Assembly: GCA_028534125.1 (NCBI GenBank)
Contig: CM052832.1
Span: 7,504,001 to 7,568,000, forward strand
Direction of reading: 5' to 3'
DNA: 64,000 bases
Source of the DNA: Lama glama
Taxonomy: Eukaryota
Position numbers and translations under genes: made by a program. How positions within the stretch are numbered: the first letter of the stretch is position 1; each line of letters begins with the position of its first letter. Shown here piece after piece: positions 26,301-38,730 of this stretch. The notes beneath the pieces were generated by a model. The model ran no database searches. It saw only the letters and a list, made by a program, of their open reading frames with translations, and had not been told where the DNA came from.

Positions 26301-27215
26301 GTGTTCAACATCATACATCATTAAGGAATTGCAATTTAAAACTACAGTGAAGTACCACTACACCACTATTAGAATGACCAAAATCTAAAACAGGTGTTAG
26401 AGAGGATGTGGAGCAAGAGGAACTCTCGTTCATTGCTGCTGGGAAGGCAAAGTGGTACAGACACTTTGGAAGGCAGCTTGGTAGTTTCTTACAAAACTAA
26501 ATAATACTCAGTACTCTTACCATGTGATCCAGTAAACATACTGTTTGGTATTTACCCAAATAACTTGAAAAGTTATGTCCAGACAAAACTCCCATAAATG
26601 TTTAGCGCAGTTTTATTCAGAATTGCTCAAACTTGGAAGCAGTTAAGATGTCCTTCAGTAGGTGAATGGATAAACAAACTATGGTATATCCATACAATGG
26701 GATATTATGTAGTATTAAAAAAAGTGACCAGGCCATGAGAAGACATGAAGGAACCTTTTAAAGCATTAATGCTAAGTGAAAGAAGCCAATCTGAAGAGGC
26801 TGCATACTGTGTGATAGCAACTATATGACATTTCAGAAAAGACAAAACTGTGGAGACAGTAAAAAGATCAGCCATTGCCTCAGATAGGGGGGAGGGAGGG
26901 ATGAATAGGCAGAGCACAGAGGATTTTCAGGGCAGTGAAACGATTCGGTATGATCCTAGAATAGTGGATACATCTCATTATACATCTCTCAAAATCCATA
27001 GAAAGAGAAACTCACAGAGACTTATCCCTAATGTAAGCTGTGGACTTCAGTTAATAATAACATCGCAATATTGGCTCCCTAATACAAGGTGTTAATAACA
27101 GGGAAAACTGGGTATGGAGGGAGAGGAAATGAGGAAATATATGGAAACTCTGTACTTTTCACTCAGTTTTTCTGTAACTGCTCTAAAAAATGTAATGTGT
27201 TATAATTATTTTACA
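26301..27215 (+). mobile_element. L1MC/MD-like 3' end with intact 17-bp TSD
   Basis: gaggatgtggagcaagaggaactctc...gctaagtgaaagaagccaatctgaagaggctgcatactgt; TSD aaaagaatttggggttg at 26284-26300 and 27216-27232. Confidence 0.92.
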
Positions 27216-29182
27216 AAAAGAATTTGGGGTTGATTTCTTATCACAGTTGGTGATAAGTGGATGTAGGGAGAGTGGGTCCAGGATACATCATCAGGTATAT
27301 ACATTTACATAGTATCTGGAGGCTAGCAAAAAAGGTTTTGGTAAATGAATAATGTGTTAGAATTTTCGGACATTAAAGGTGTATCACCGTATTTAGGAAG
27401 CATCTTGACTTAAATTACTTAGCAAATATATCAGCAGGGGTTCAACAGAGAGTAAGATCATAAATATCTAGCGTCTTCCTTCCATTTTTTTTTTAAGACT
27501 ATTTTTTTTAAACTGAGGTTGGAAACTACTTAAATGGAGTTGTGTTATTTTTTGAAAACACATAGTGACTGTAGTAATACTCGGTGTGTATTTTTAAAAA
27601 TTTGTTTTCTGTGTTTTGGAAATGTTTCTGTAACTAGTTCTTAGTCTATTTTATTCTGCACTTTCTATTAATAGATTTTTTTTACTTTAATAGATGTCTA
27701 TATAAAGGATATCTCCCAGTTTTAGACTGTTGGGCTTACACATAACAGGCAAAAGTACTGAAAGGCTTAGTGATAGGTTCTGCAGGATTTGGGGGACAGT
27801 ATCCCATGGTTTTGTTCAGCATACATTCTCCTGTGTGTCTTAAGAGTACAGAGTAAGAAGTATAACTTCGTCTCATGAATAGTCTTGCTTATTTCATATT
27901 TTCATTATACACTTGACAAAGGAATTGCAGAATTAGCTGCCCTGGTGCTCACTGAGACAGCTGATCCTGGGATTGAATAAAACTAACATTGTTTGGATGA
28001 GAAGATAGAATGTAAGTGGCTCTGCCACTGTCATGTTTAAGTGGAGTCCAGCAGGGTTGCTCTGGACCTATCACTTGTCATGACCATAGTTATCAGAGTT
28101 ACAACACTTCCTAAAATGGAGGCTGGTGTTATAGCAACGAAGCTACTGCCAGAACCAGGGGAAGGACAGCTTTTTCAGGAAAGTTTCCTAAAAAGACCTT
28201 TAGTGCAGGGTGGTTTAGTAGTACTAGTGTAGTTAGAAGCATCTAGCAGTACGTGAAGGAATTGAGCATCAGGTCCCGTTGGTTGGGAATAGATCCAAGA
28301 AAGTTCAGTCAGGGATCCATGAGTAGTAAGGTAGGTCTTTAATGGAAAAAATAAATAAATAAAGAGATTTGTATAAGTACCAATTACTTGGATTTTGTCT
28401 TTAAGTGACTTTTAAAATACTGTATACATTGCAGGGCAAAAAAAAAAAAGTGACTACGGCTGGGTACAGTGGTTTTTATTTCTATTTTCCAGAAACCACT
28501 AGGACAATATTTAACTTTCTGTGTTTGAGGGGGAACATTGGCAGAAGTAATGTGAGAAAAAATTCTGGAGTTAAAGCTGAAGAACTAACAACCCTGAAAA
28601 TTAAAATATACTCATTAAAATCCCATCCCTAGTTGTATCTTTAGCTGATTTTAGATACTTTATATGTTTATGCTAATGAAGACTATTTTTAGTAGAAAAG
28701 TTTTAACTTTATCATAAAAGCTGGAGGCAAAACTTGTTGATTGTTTGTACATGTTATTAATATAAGAAGTATTTTCAAAATATTCTTTTTACTAGAGATG
28801 TGAATTGAATTCATTGTTTTATCTGTGACTCAATTATTTCACTTTCATAACTTAGTACTTTTTCTTTGGTGAGATTTAAATTAAAATAATGGAAGAGAAA
28901 CTTTGCTCAGGCAGTCCAGAGAATATGTCAGTGAACATAACAGATGAGTTTTGCCATTGTCGAGTTTACCCTCTAATGGGGACTTCTTATTCTCCTTCTG
29001 TTTTGTTGGTTTATTTGTTTGTCGTTGCACAAGTGACACACTATCTTAATTACTAAGTCTTGTAGGAAATATCCTCCATTTTGTACTTCCAACGTGTCTT
29101 GGCTTTCCTTGGCTCTTGACTCTTTCATAGAAAGTTTAGAGCTAATTTATACATTTTGAATTGCATTGTCTGCCTTTCCCCC

Positions 29183-30505
29183 CAGCTTTATTGAGGTGTA
29201 ATTGACATAGATTGTGTAAGTTTAAGGAGTACAACATGTTATACATTTGGTATATTTGTTTATTGCAAAATGATTACCAATGTAGCTTTAACTAATACCT
29301 CCATCACATCGTACAGTTACCATTTCATTTCTGTGGTGAGAACATTTACAATTTACTCTCATACTTTTTCTGTGAGAGCCCTGGGGTGAGAGGAGTGTGG
29401 CTCTCTCCTCTCCCTGCTATGGTGTGTGCTTGCCCACTGATATCAGTGTTCTCTGAAAAGGGGGAGTCATCTGGCAAAAATGTCACTTTGCCTGCTGTGT
29501 TCAAGGCTCCCATTCGACTGGATATTGTGAACTTTGTTCACACCAACTTGTGCAAAAACAACAGACTGCCCTATGCTGTCCGTGAATTAGCAGGTCATCA
29601 AACCAGTGCTGAGTCTTGGACATAGGCAGAGCTGTAGCTCGAATTCCCAGTGTTTGAGGTGGTGGGACTCACCATTCTGGCTAGGATCCTTTTGGAAACG
29701 TGTTGTGGGGGCCGCATGTTTGCACCAACCAAGATTTGGCGACGTTGGCACCAGAGAGTCAGCACAGCACAGAAGCAGTATGCCATATGCTCCGCACTGG
29801 CTGCCTCAGCCTTACCAGCACTGGTCATGTCTAAAGGTCATCATACTGTGGACGTTCCTGAACTTCCTTTGGTGGTTGAAGATAAAGTTGAAAGCTACAA
29901 GAAGACCAAGGAGCCTGTTTTACTTCTAAAGAAACTTAAGGCTTGGAATGATATCAGAGGTCTCCGCCTCTCAGCAAATGAGAGCTGGCAGAGGCAAAAT
30001 GAGAAACCGTCACTGTATCCAGCACAGGGGACCCTGCATCATCCATCATGAGGACAGTGGTGTCATCAAGGCCTTCAGAAACATCCCTGGACTTACTCCG
30101 CTTAATGTAAGCAAGCTGAACATTGTAAAACTTGCTCTTGGTTGGCATGTGGAATATTTCTGCATCGGGACTGCAAGTGCTTTCCACAAGTTAGGTGAGC
30201 TGTATGGCGCTTGGCATGAAGCTGCCTCCCTGAAGATGAGCTACAACCTCCCCATGCACAAGATGCTCAGTACAGACCTCAGCAGAATCTTGAAAAGCCC
30301 AAAAGAAAAGATTTACTCTCACCAACTTTTAAGTGTGTAATACAGTATTGTAAACTCTGATCGCTGTGCTGTACATTACATTCCCAGAATGTACTCATCT
30401 TACAACTGGAAGTTTGTACCCTTTAAGCACCATCTCCCTGTTCCCTGCCCTACCACCCCCCACAGCCCTGGCAGCCACCGCTCTGCTGTCTGTTTCAGTG
30501 AGTTC
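29183..30505 (-). mobile_element. L1MA9/10-like 3' end, interrupted by the RPL4 retrocopy
   Basis: ctttattgaggtgtaattgacat...gtggtgagaacattta | tactctc...caacttttaagt...gaagtttgtaccctt...ccctggcagccacc. Confidence 0.88.
29363..30301 (+). pseudogene. RPL4: Processed pseudogene of ribosomal protein L4 (uL4); frameshifted and 3'-truncated
   Basis: Intronless. 5'TOP-like ctttttc start and ATG at 29419. Fragments [33 protein letters not shown]..., [15 protein letters not shown]...KKLKAWNDI and [11 protein letters not shown]...DLSRILKSP lie in different frames. Flanked by direct repeat atttactctca (29351-29361, 30311-30321). Confidence 0.97.
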
Positions 30506-31005
30506 ATTTTGCCTTTGTGTTGATGGTGATATTTAGATTGTCTTATAGTTGAAAAACTTGCTGGTTCTTTCAGTAACTGAAATAATTTCTCTCCCAATTA
30601 TTTAGGGTTTTCTGTGTAGATAGTCAGATTTAATGTGAATAAGAACAATTTAGTTTTTTCTGTTCAATGCTTATATAGTTTAGACCTTCTCTTACCTTGA
30701 TGTTGTGGCTAAAATCTTAAGCATTATATTGACTGAAAGTGATGATAGTGGAAATCTTCATATTGGTCTGAGTTTCAAAAGGTTTGGATGCTTCTGAGTG
30801 TTTTGTTTCCTGTATGGTTTTTGGTAGAGTCCCTTCATCAGATTAAAGAAAATCCTTTTTGGTCCCAGCTTGCTAAAATTTTTGTCAGGAATGGTGGTTT
30901 AGTGATTTTCCCACATCTATTGAGATGATCATACTGTTTTTCTGTTTTCATAGTTTATGTAGTTAATTATATTAATGGATTTATAGTTTACTCTTGCTTT
31001 CCTGG

Positions 31006-31380
31006 CAACCAACAGTAGTCTACCCAGCAAAGTTATCCTTCAGAATTGAAAGAGAGATGACAAATTTTCTAGGCAAGTAAGAGTTGAAAAGAGTTCATAA
31101 CCACTAGACTTGCCTTTTAAGAAATAGTAAAGGGACTTCTTCAAACTGAAACGGAAGAGTACTAATTAGTAAGAGTAAAAAATATAAATTCCACTGGTTA
31201 AATTCAGAATACACAAGATGTTTTAATCGTGGGTAAATCAGTTATACACCTAGAAGAAGGTTGTAAGACCAAAGTAGTAAAAATTAACCATAACTACAAT
31301 CATTTGTTAATGATATACAAAGTAAATGGATGTACACTGTAGAATGAAAAACGTAAAATGTGATGGGGGAGGGTAAAAAT
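31006..31380 (+). mobile_element. L1 ORF1 C-terminal / inter-ORF fragment
   Basis: ctacccagcaaagttatccttcagaattgaa...gagttcataaccactagacttgcc...aagggacttcttcaa. Confidence 0.8.
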
Positions 31381-31382
31381 AC

Positions 31383-31695
31383 AGCATGGAAACCCGGGAG
31401 ATAGTGGAGCTGATGGTGTCTCAGAACAAGGTCAAAGGCAGTAGAAGGAAGCCCAATGCATCCACTTGAAAATGGGCTGAGAGGTGAATTCTTCCTCCTC
31501 CTCTTGTTCTATTCAGGCTTCCAGTGGAGGGGTGAGGCCCACCCACACTGAAGAGGGCATCTGCCTTGCTCAGTTTACTGATTCAAATGTTAACCTCACT
31601 CATAAATACCTTCAAATACTTATCAAATTAATGTTAACCAAATATCTGGGCACCCCATTTGCCAGTCAAACTGAGACATAAAATTAACCATCACC
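31383..31695 (-). mobile_element. MLT2-type ERVL LTR (3' LTR, truncated)
   Basis: gaggcccacccacac...gagggcatctgc...caaatatctgggcaccc...cataaaattaaccatca, the reverse complement of the MLT2 start TGTGATGGTTAATTTTATG. Confidence 0.88.
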
Positions 31696-33739
31696 TATGT
31701 CAATTTGACACCCATATACATCTCCTTAAACTATACTTAATCTCCAAATATAGACAATAACAAGGCTGTAGTTCTGCCTAACGTGATGCAGTTATCCAGC
31801 GCACTACTGCGAATGCACTAACCCCTTCCCAGAAGATGAGGCTAAGTCCTTGAGTGATGTCCATACTGCTCCTTGACATCCCTTTTATATCATCCATTTT
31901 ATATCATCCTTAAATACATGATATAAAATGAATAATACTTAATTAAATACTGTAAGTTCAATACATTTTGTGTTACATGATGAGGGAATAAGAGAGGGGG
32001 AAACATACTTCTTTAATGCTCACATTCACACACGCATACAAACATATTCATAACAAAATGAAAAAATATTCATGACAGTTACAGTCCTTTCTGTAACTGG
32101 TCGTATGGTCATAGCTGATGTTAATAACTACCTTCTTTCACTACTTATTCTGTATTCCCCTTGGTTTCAGCAAGCACCTCAACTGGTTGTGGTTCTTTAA
32201 CTAGTGGAGTGACCCAAACCTTCATTCCTGAAGGATCTGAACGATTAGTGTCCTTCCTGGATTGAGTTGTAGTTTTCCACTGACCTTAACCACAGGGCAT
32301 GGTAAGACGATGAGATGTCCTAAGAGATCTCTTGTATTCCAGACATACTCTTTCTCACCTCCGCTGTGGAGTATCAGTCTAGTTGCCACTGGGTAGTCAG
32401 TATCACTCACTCCGGCCAGCACAGTGACTCCCCCTTTGTTTGTTGATTCAGAAGCATGAGGAATCCAAAGTGACTCAGCTGTATTCTTCAGTTCCATTTC
32501 AATGGAATAATTGTGTCAGTGGACTAAATGTGAAAGCATTCCTCCCTCTGGAATTAAGACCTTTAGACCAGCAGATTGTGAGGCCATGGGAGCAGGAAGC
32601 ACCAGTTTTGCTAGTAGGTCTTTGGGCAGCACCATAGGGTCCCTTTTCATAAGCTTTGTAGTCTTCTGGAGAGCCTTGCCCCAGCTCTGCGAGATATTCC
32701 ACCTAGCTGGCACCATGATGGAGTCTACAAAAGGCCTTTTCAGCTTTCTGTCAAACCAGCCACTTCATGATGGTGGGAATATGCTAAGAATAGTGACTTC
32801 TATGAGCGTGGGCCCAGTGTAGCCCTTCTTTTGCTGGGAAGTGGATTTCTTGATCAGAGGCAATGCTGTATGGGATGCCATGCCAGTGGATAGGCATTCT
32901 GTAAGTCCACAGATGGTAGTTTTGGCAGATGCACTGCTTGCAGGGTTGGCAATGCCACATCCAGAGTGTCTATTGCAGTAAGAATAATACAGTTCCATTT
33001 CCATGATGGAAGTGGTCTAATGTCATCAACTTGTTACTAGGTAGCTGGTGATCGCCCTGTGGGATGGTGCCATGTAGGGAACTCAGTGTGGATCTCTGCT
33101 GCTGACAGATGGCCTCTCAGCAGTGGCCTTGGTGAGTGGAGTCCATGGTACTGAGCCCTGCGTATCCTCTGTCCCTCCCACCATGGCCTCTTTGTTCATG
33201 AGCCCGTTGGGCGGTGATAGAGTGGTTGAGGGAAAAGCTGATGGTATCCACTTAATTATTAAAATATAAAAAAATTTGCTGACGTCTCCCATGAACATTT
33301 ACACAGGACACAGATATCTTCATGTTTATTGAATTATAGTCAATGTCTTTGTGGGTTTGTTTTTTATTTATTTGTTTGTTTATTCAGAGACATCTGTCCA
33401 CCTCTTCTCCAGATTTCATTCTCACAAATTTCCTAATCATATTCCTCCCATGTCCCTTACCTTTTAGCCAATCATTTCATAGCCCATGAATCAGTATAAA
33501 GTTGTACATCTAACCAATTCTTCTTTCAAGTAAAGTAGACAAAGTTGCACTGCTCAAAGTTCTTCCTTTACCACTGCCTTTCAGTGAGGCTTCAGAGGGG
33601 GCTAGAGCCCCACAGCTGTTCACTTGTGGGTAGCGTCTGCATATGATGCAGAACCATATGTAAATTAGGCCTCAGTCTTTTCTTCTGTTAGCTGGGTATA
33701 GGGAGCCTTCTATGAGGCCAGGGGCACAGGGTAGGGGAG
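31696..33739 (-). mobile_element. ERVL internal remnant: RNase H, integrase and dUTPase (decayed)
   Basis: Minus-strand peptides GVTVLAGVSDTDY...GGEKEYVWNT...LPCPVVKVSGKLQ (ERVL dUTPase) and ASAKTTICGLTECL (integrase); many stops and frameshifts. Confidence 0.92.
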
Positions 33740-34264
33740 TGAATCTCACTTTTACTCCATCTTTTGTAGTATTCAGACTTTTTGTTTTATTTGTTTTTTT
33801 TTCCTCTTTATATACATGAGTAATATTTATGTGTAATTTTTTTCTATTGCATTTCTTTTCTAGTTTTAATACCAAGGTTATACTAGCCTAATTAAATGTG
33901 TTAGGGAGTGTCTCTCTTCTGTTCTTAGTAAGAATCATGTAAAACTAGTATAACCTATTCTTTACATATTTGGAACATTACAGATAAAAGTAAGGTTGTT
34001 TTTTGTTTTGTTTTTATCAATTTCTTTAAAATTTATAGAACTGTTCAGGTTTCCTATTTTTTCTTTGTCAGTTTTGGTCATTTATAGTTTTTTGAAATTT
34101 ATTCCTTTCACCATAGCATGAACATTTTTGGCGTAACATTAGTCATGGTACTCTTCTTACTAATCCATGGTACACTACAGGTAATTTCCTCAGATCTGGT
34201 GTCCTGAAAACTAATTATCTTTTTAGCTGAATCTAGACAGCTCTTAGTTTTTTTCAGTCTGTTT

Positions 34265-35645
34265 TTATTATTGTGGTAGAATATACATAACATGAAATTT
34301 GTATTTTAACTGTTTTTAAGTGTACAGTTCCCTGGTAGTAAGTATATTCACTGTGTTGTGCAACCATCATCACTACCATTTTCCAGAAGTTTTCATCATC
34401 CTAGGCAGAAATTCTCTACACATTAAGCAAAAACTCCCTTAATTCCCTGGTACCTCTATTTTCTGTCTCTATGAATTTGCCCATTCCAGGTACCTCATAT
34501 AGGTGACATCATATAATATTTTTCTTTTGTGTCTGGATTGTTTTACTTAGTATGGTGTTTTTATGTAGTAGAAAGTTGATTCATGTAATAAATAGCATAT
34601 ATTGTGTTTATTTCCTTTTTATGGTTAAATAGTATTTCATCATATGTATATACTACATTTTGTTTATCCATTCATTTGTTGATGGACATTTTGGTTGTTT
34701 TCTACCTTTTGGCAATTGTGAATAATGTAGCTATGAACACTGGTGTACAAGTGTCTGTTGAATCCCTGTTTTCAGTTCTTTTGGCTATATATCTAGGAGT
34801 GGAATTGTTAGGTTATATGGTAATTCTTTTTTTAGCATTTCCTGGAACCACTGTTTGACACAGTGGCTACACCATTTTGCATTCCCATCAGCAAAGTACA
34901 ATGTTTCCAATTTCTCCACATCCTAGCCAACACTTATTATTTTCCATTTTGTTGATCATAGCCATTCTTGGCGTGTGAAGTGCTATCTCTGTTTTTTTGA
35001 TTTGCATTTCCCTAATGGTTAATGATACTGAGCATCTTTTCATTTGCAATTGTCTATTTGTATATTTCATTGAAGAAATGTCTATTCAAGTCTATTGCCC
35101 GTTTTTAAGTTGGGTTGTTTTTTTTGTTGTGTTGTGGGAGTTCTTTACATACTCTGATTATTTAGCTGATACATGATTTTCAAATTTTTTTTCCCATTGT
35201 ATGGGTTATCTTTTCCTTCTCTAAATGGTGTTCTTTGATTTCTAAAAGGATTAAATTTTGATCCAATTCATTTATTTTTTCTTTTGTTGCCTGTGCTTCT
35301 GGTGTCACACTTAAGAAACCTTTGCCAAATCCAAGGTAGTAAAGATCTCCCTTTCTGTTTTGTTCCAAGAGTTTTATAGTTTTAGCTCTTTAATTTGGGT
35401 CTTTGATCTATTTTGAGGTGTTTTCTTAGATTAGTTTATTTAGTTTTATATATGGTACAGGTAAGATTCCAACTTCATCCTTTTTGCATGTGGACATCTT
35501 GTTTCTCTCCACCAGTTGTTGAAAAGACTGTGCTTTGCAAATGGTTGTTCGTGCCACCCTTATTGAAACTCAGTTGACCATAGTAAGTTTATCGCTGGAC
35601 TTTCTATTCTGTTCCTTTTGTCTGTTTGCCTGCTTGTGCCAGTCC
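34265..35645 (-). mobile_element. L1MB-like 3' end plus ORF2 C-terminus
   Basis: ttttaagtgtacagttc...tgtgcaaccatc; tttatccattcatttgttgatggacatttt; ttgcatttccctaatggttaatgatactgagc. Confidence 0.92.
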
Positions 35646-36246
35646 CACATTTTTTCCTCTTTCACTCATAGCCCTGGGGTAAGATAGGCAAAGTGCCTTC
35701 CCTGAAGTGGTATTTCCCAGTTTACACACTGCAAGTGTCACCATCTGGTCGTTGCTTTTTTTCACCTTCAGATTAGGTTCCGCAAACTGACCTCCTACCT
35801 TGCTTAAGGTCACAGCATTCTTTTCTATACCTTGAAAAATGTGCTAATTGAAATCTAGGCTATAGGGTACTGTGAGTCATTAGACGCCTTCAGAATAAGT
35901 TTTGGCTCCAGGGCTCTCTTAATCCTATGGAACTACATTTCTCATCTCCTCTGGCTTCACTTTTGTTTTCTCCACTGCTGGTTAAAATGTGCTTTAAGTA
36001 TAAGTTTTTAATATATTATTGTTCATTTTCAAATGTTCTTTAGGAAGGGATTCACTGCACATCTAGTCTACAATGTGAAAATTGGGAAGAAGACTTTTAA
36101 GATCAGTCTTATCATTCATTCTTGATAATCCGTTTCTATATAATTGGAAATGATAGTTTATACCATTTACATAAATTTTTTTCTTAAAAATTCATTTTAA
36201 TTACATCACATGCTTTTATAGTTTTCTTCATGGCTATTATGCATGT

Positions 36247-36604
36247 ACAGTTGTCCCTCAGTGTCTGTGGGAGACTGGTTCTAGGAACCCTCCACGGATT
36301 CCAAAATCCTTAGATGCTCAAGTGCCTTATATAAAATGATGCAGGATTTCCATATATCCTATGCACATATTCCCATAAGCTTTAATTCATCTTTAGATTA
36401 TTTATAATACTTAATACAAAGTAAAAACGCTATATAAATCATTGTAAATACAATGTAAATGATGTGTAAATAGCTGCCAGCGCATGGCAAAATCAAGTTT
36501 TGCTATTTGGAACTTTCTGGAATTTAAAAATTTATTTTGAATTTTCAATTCGTGGTTGGTTGAATCTGAGGATGCAGAACCTAAAGATGTGGAGGGCCCG
36601 TTGT
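36247..36604. mobile_element. Tigger-family MITE (MER2-like)
   Basis: tacagttgtccctcagtgtctgtgggagactggttc...gaggatgcagaacc...gtggagggcccgttgt with degenerate TIRs. Confidence 0.85.
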
Positions 36605-36917
36605 GTTAGTAATTTGGATATGGTAACTTAATTTTCTGGTTGCCAGTATTATGAAGTGGCTGTTAATATGTTACATTTTGATAGAGTAAATGCTCTCAAA
36701 AACGACTACACAAATCAAGAAATGACACTGATTGCAGTGCACTTTCCTCTGGAAATTTCAGCTTATGTAATTTTTTGACCATAGAAAACTATATACCCAC
36801 TCTGTTATTTGAGAGAACAACGTGGACTTTATTAAACAGAGTATTATAATAATTTTTCACTTTTACCTTTCTCAGTTTTACAGTCCTTAATATTGGTGTG
36901 TTTAATTTTCTTTCCAG

Positions 36918-37002
36918 GTTTTCTTTAGGTGATGCTAGGAGGCCTCTTCATGAAACAGCAGTTTTGGTCGAAGATGTAGTACACACTCAGTTAATTAATC
37001 TG
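36918..37002 (+). CDS. SUPT3H: Internal coding exon (85 nt) of SUPT3H, SPT3 homolog, SAGA/STAGA histone-fold subunit
   Basis: Polypyrimidine tract plus acceptor tttccAG (36916-36917) and donor CTG|gtaaga (37003). Reading G+TTT TCT TTA... gives (M)[28 protein letters not shown], matching the recalled vertebrate SUPT3H segment [29 protein letters not shown]. Confidence 0.96.
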
Positions 37003-37127
37003 GTAAGAGCATGTGTCATCGTATTTGGTGTCTCTCCTCTGTATTCTGCCTATATTGGCATTGCAACCCAACATTTTTTTTTTAAGATTTTTTTCAAACA
37101 GTTTTTGTATTTGGGTTTCTTTTTTGT

Positions 37128-38730
37128 CAGCTTATTGAGGTATACAATGCATAATTCAGTGAGTGTTGATGACTGAATATTGTCATGTGACTACCAGAGC
37201 AATCATGATATAGAAGCATTTCTATCACCCTTGTACCCCTGTGTAATCAGCCCTTTCACCCACTACTGACCCTTGGTAACACTGATCTGTTTTGTTTTGT
37301 TTTGTTGTTTTTAATCATTATACCAGCGTAGTTTTTTTCAGCACTTTAAAAAAATTATTCTGAGTTTTAGACTTATAAAAGAATTGTCCAAATAGTACAG
37401 TGAATTCTCAGATACCGTTCAGCTTCCTCTCTCAACATCTTGCATAAGCATAGGACAGCTATCAAAACCAGGAATAACATAGGTACAGTCCTGTAAGTGA
37501 AATTACCAACCTTATTTGAATTTCATCAGTTTTCCCATTAATGTTTCTTTTCTGTCCAGGATAACACATTGGAGTGAGCTGTCGTATCTTTGTGGTCTTC
37601 TTCCTATCCATCCATGGTAGCTCCTCAATCTTTCCTTTTCTTTCATGACCTTCACATTTTTCAAAAGTACCAGAATCTTATTTTTTAGAATGCTCTTCTT
37701 TTTCAGTTGGTCTGATGTTTTCTTATGGTCAGAGGGTGACCCTGCCTTTTTGGCAAGATTACTAGACATGATGGGATTTTCTCAGTGTATCATATCAGTG
37801 GGTCTATGTTGTTGAGGTGTTACTTGTCCTCTTAACCTTCATAACTTGGTTAAAATGGTATATGCTGAATTTTTCCACTATAATGAAGTTACTATCTTTT
37901 TTATATTTTGTTGTTAATAAATATCTTGTGGGAGATACTTTGTGACTGTGCAAATATTCCTTTTCTGAAAATTTTTGGGTGGGTGTTGTCTGAGACAATT
38001 AGTACTGACATTTGCGTAATAATGATTTTCTATTTCCTTCTTCCTTTTATCTTTTTTAATTATGGTTATTTTGAAAGGAATAGCTATCCTTTATCACCAT
38101 TTATGTAATTACATTTTTAATGTATGTTTAATTTTATTCTTAGGATCATTATGCAGTAATACCATTTTTTCTATCAGATTTTTGGTCATATGCCTCACAT
38201 ATTAAGCATATCAGTCCTTTGTGGTATATAATACAAATATATTCTTCCAGTGTGTCAGTTATCTTTTGACTTTGTTTCTGTGAACTTTTTGGGGGGAATA
38301 CAGACATTTTTATTTTAAAGTAGTCAGTGCATTCAATCTTTTATTTCCTTTGGATTTTGAATTACCATTTGGAACACTTTTCTGATACTGCATTTAAAGA
38401 GAAATTCATCTACATTGCCTTCTAGCACCTGTATAGTTTCATTTTTAACCTTTAGATTCCTAACCATTTGTTGTTTATTCTCGTTATTGTGTGAGATGTG
38501 AATCTAATTATATCTTTTCCAGTTACACCATCATCATTTATTAAAAACTACATACTTTCCCTAATGATCTGAGATGCCTCCTCTATTATACACTCAATTA
38601 ACATATGAACTGGGATCTATTTCTGATTGTATACTCTGTACCAGTGGTTTATTTGTCTATGCGTGTGCTAATACAGCCTTCTTAATTATGTAGGTTTTAT
38701 GATGTATCTTAAAGGTTGTTAAGCTAAATG
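37128..38730 (-). mobile_element. Cluster of old L1 fragments (L1MC/ME-like)
   Basis: ttattgaggtata..., tcagttttcccattaatgt...ctgtccaggat, gtgtgagatgtgaatctaatt...gggatctatttctg. Confidence 0.7.

Larger units (their letters stand above)
29040..34260 (-). mobile_element. Ancient L1 ORF2 remnant, split by nested insertions
   Basis: Collinear antisense ORF2 pieces at ~29040-29170, ~30510-31005 and ~33740-34260. Confidence 0.7.

Noticed and set aside
29386..30340. RPL4-like ORFs as a functional retrogene
   Set aside because: Several frameshifts, a stop at 29623-29625, many CpG-decay substitutions and a missing C-terminus.
32222..33298. ERVL dUTPase/integrase as a domesticated gene
   Set aside because: Fragmented across frames with degenerate motifs.
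36898..37176. 92-aa ORF as a standalone gene
   Set aside because: Only 36918-37002 matches SUPT3H and it is bounded by splice sites; the rest is intron read-through.
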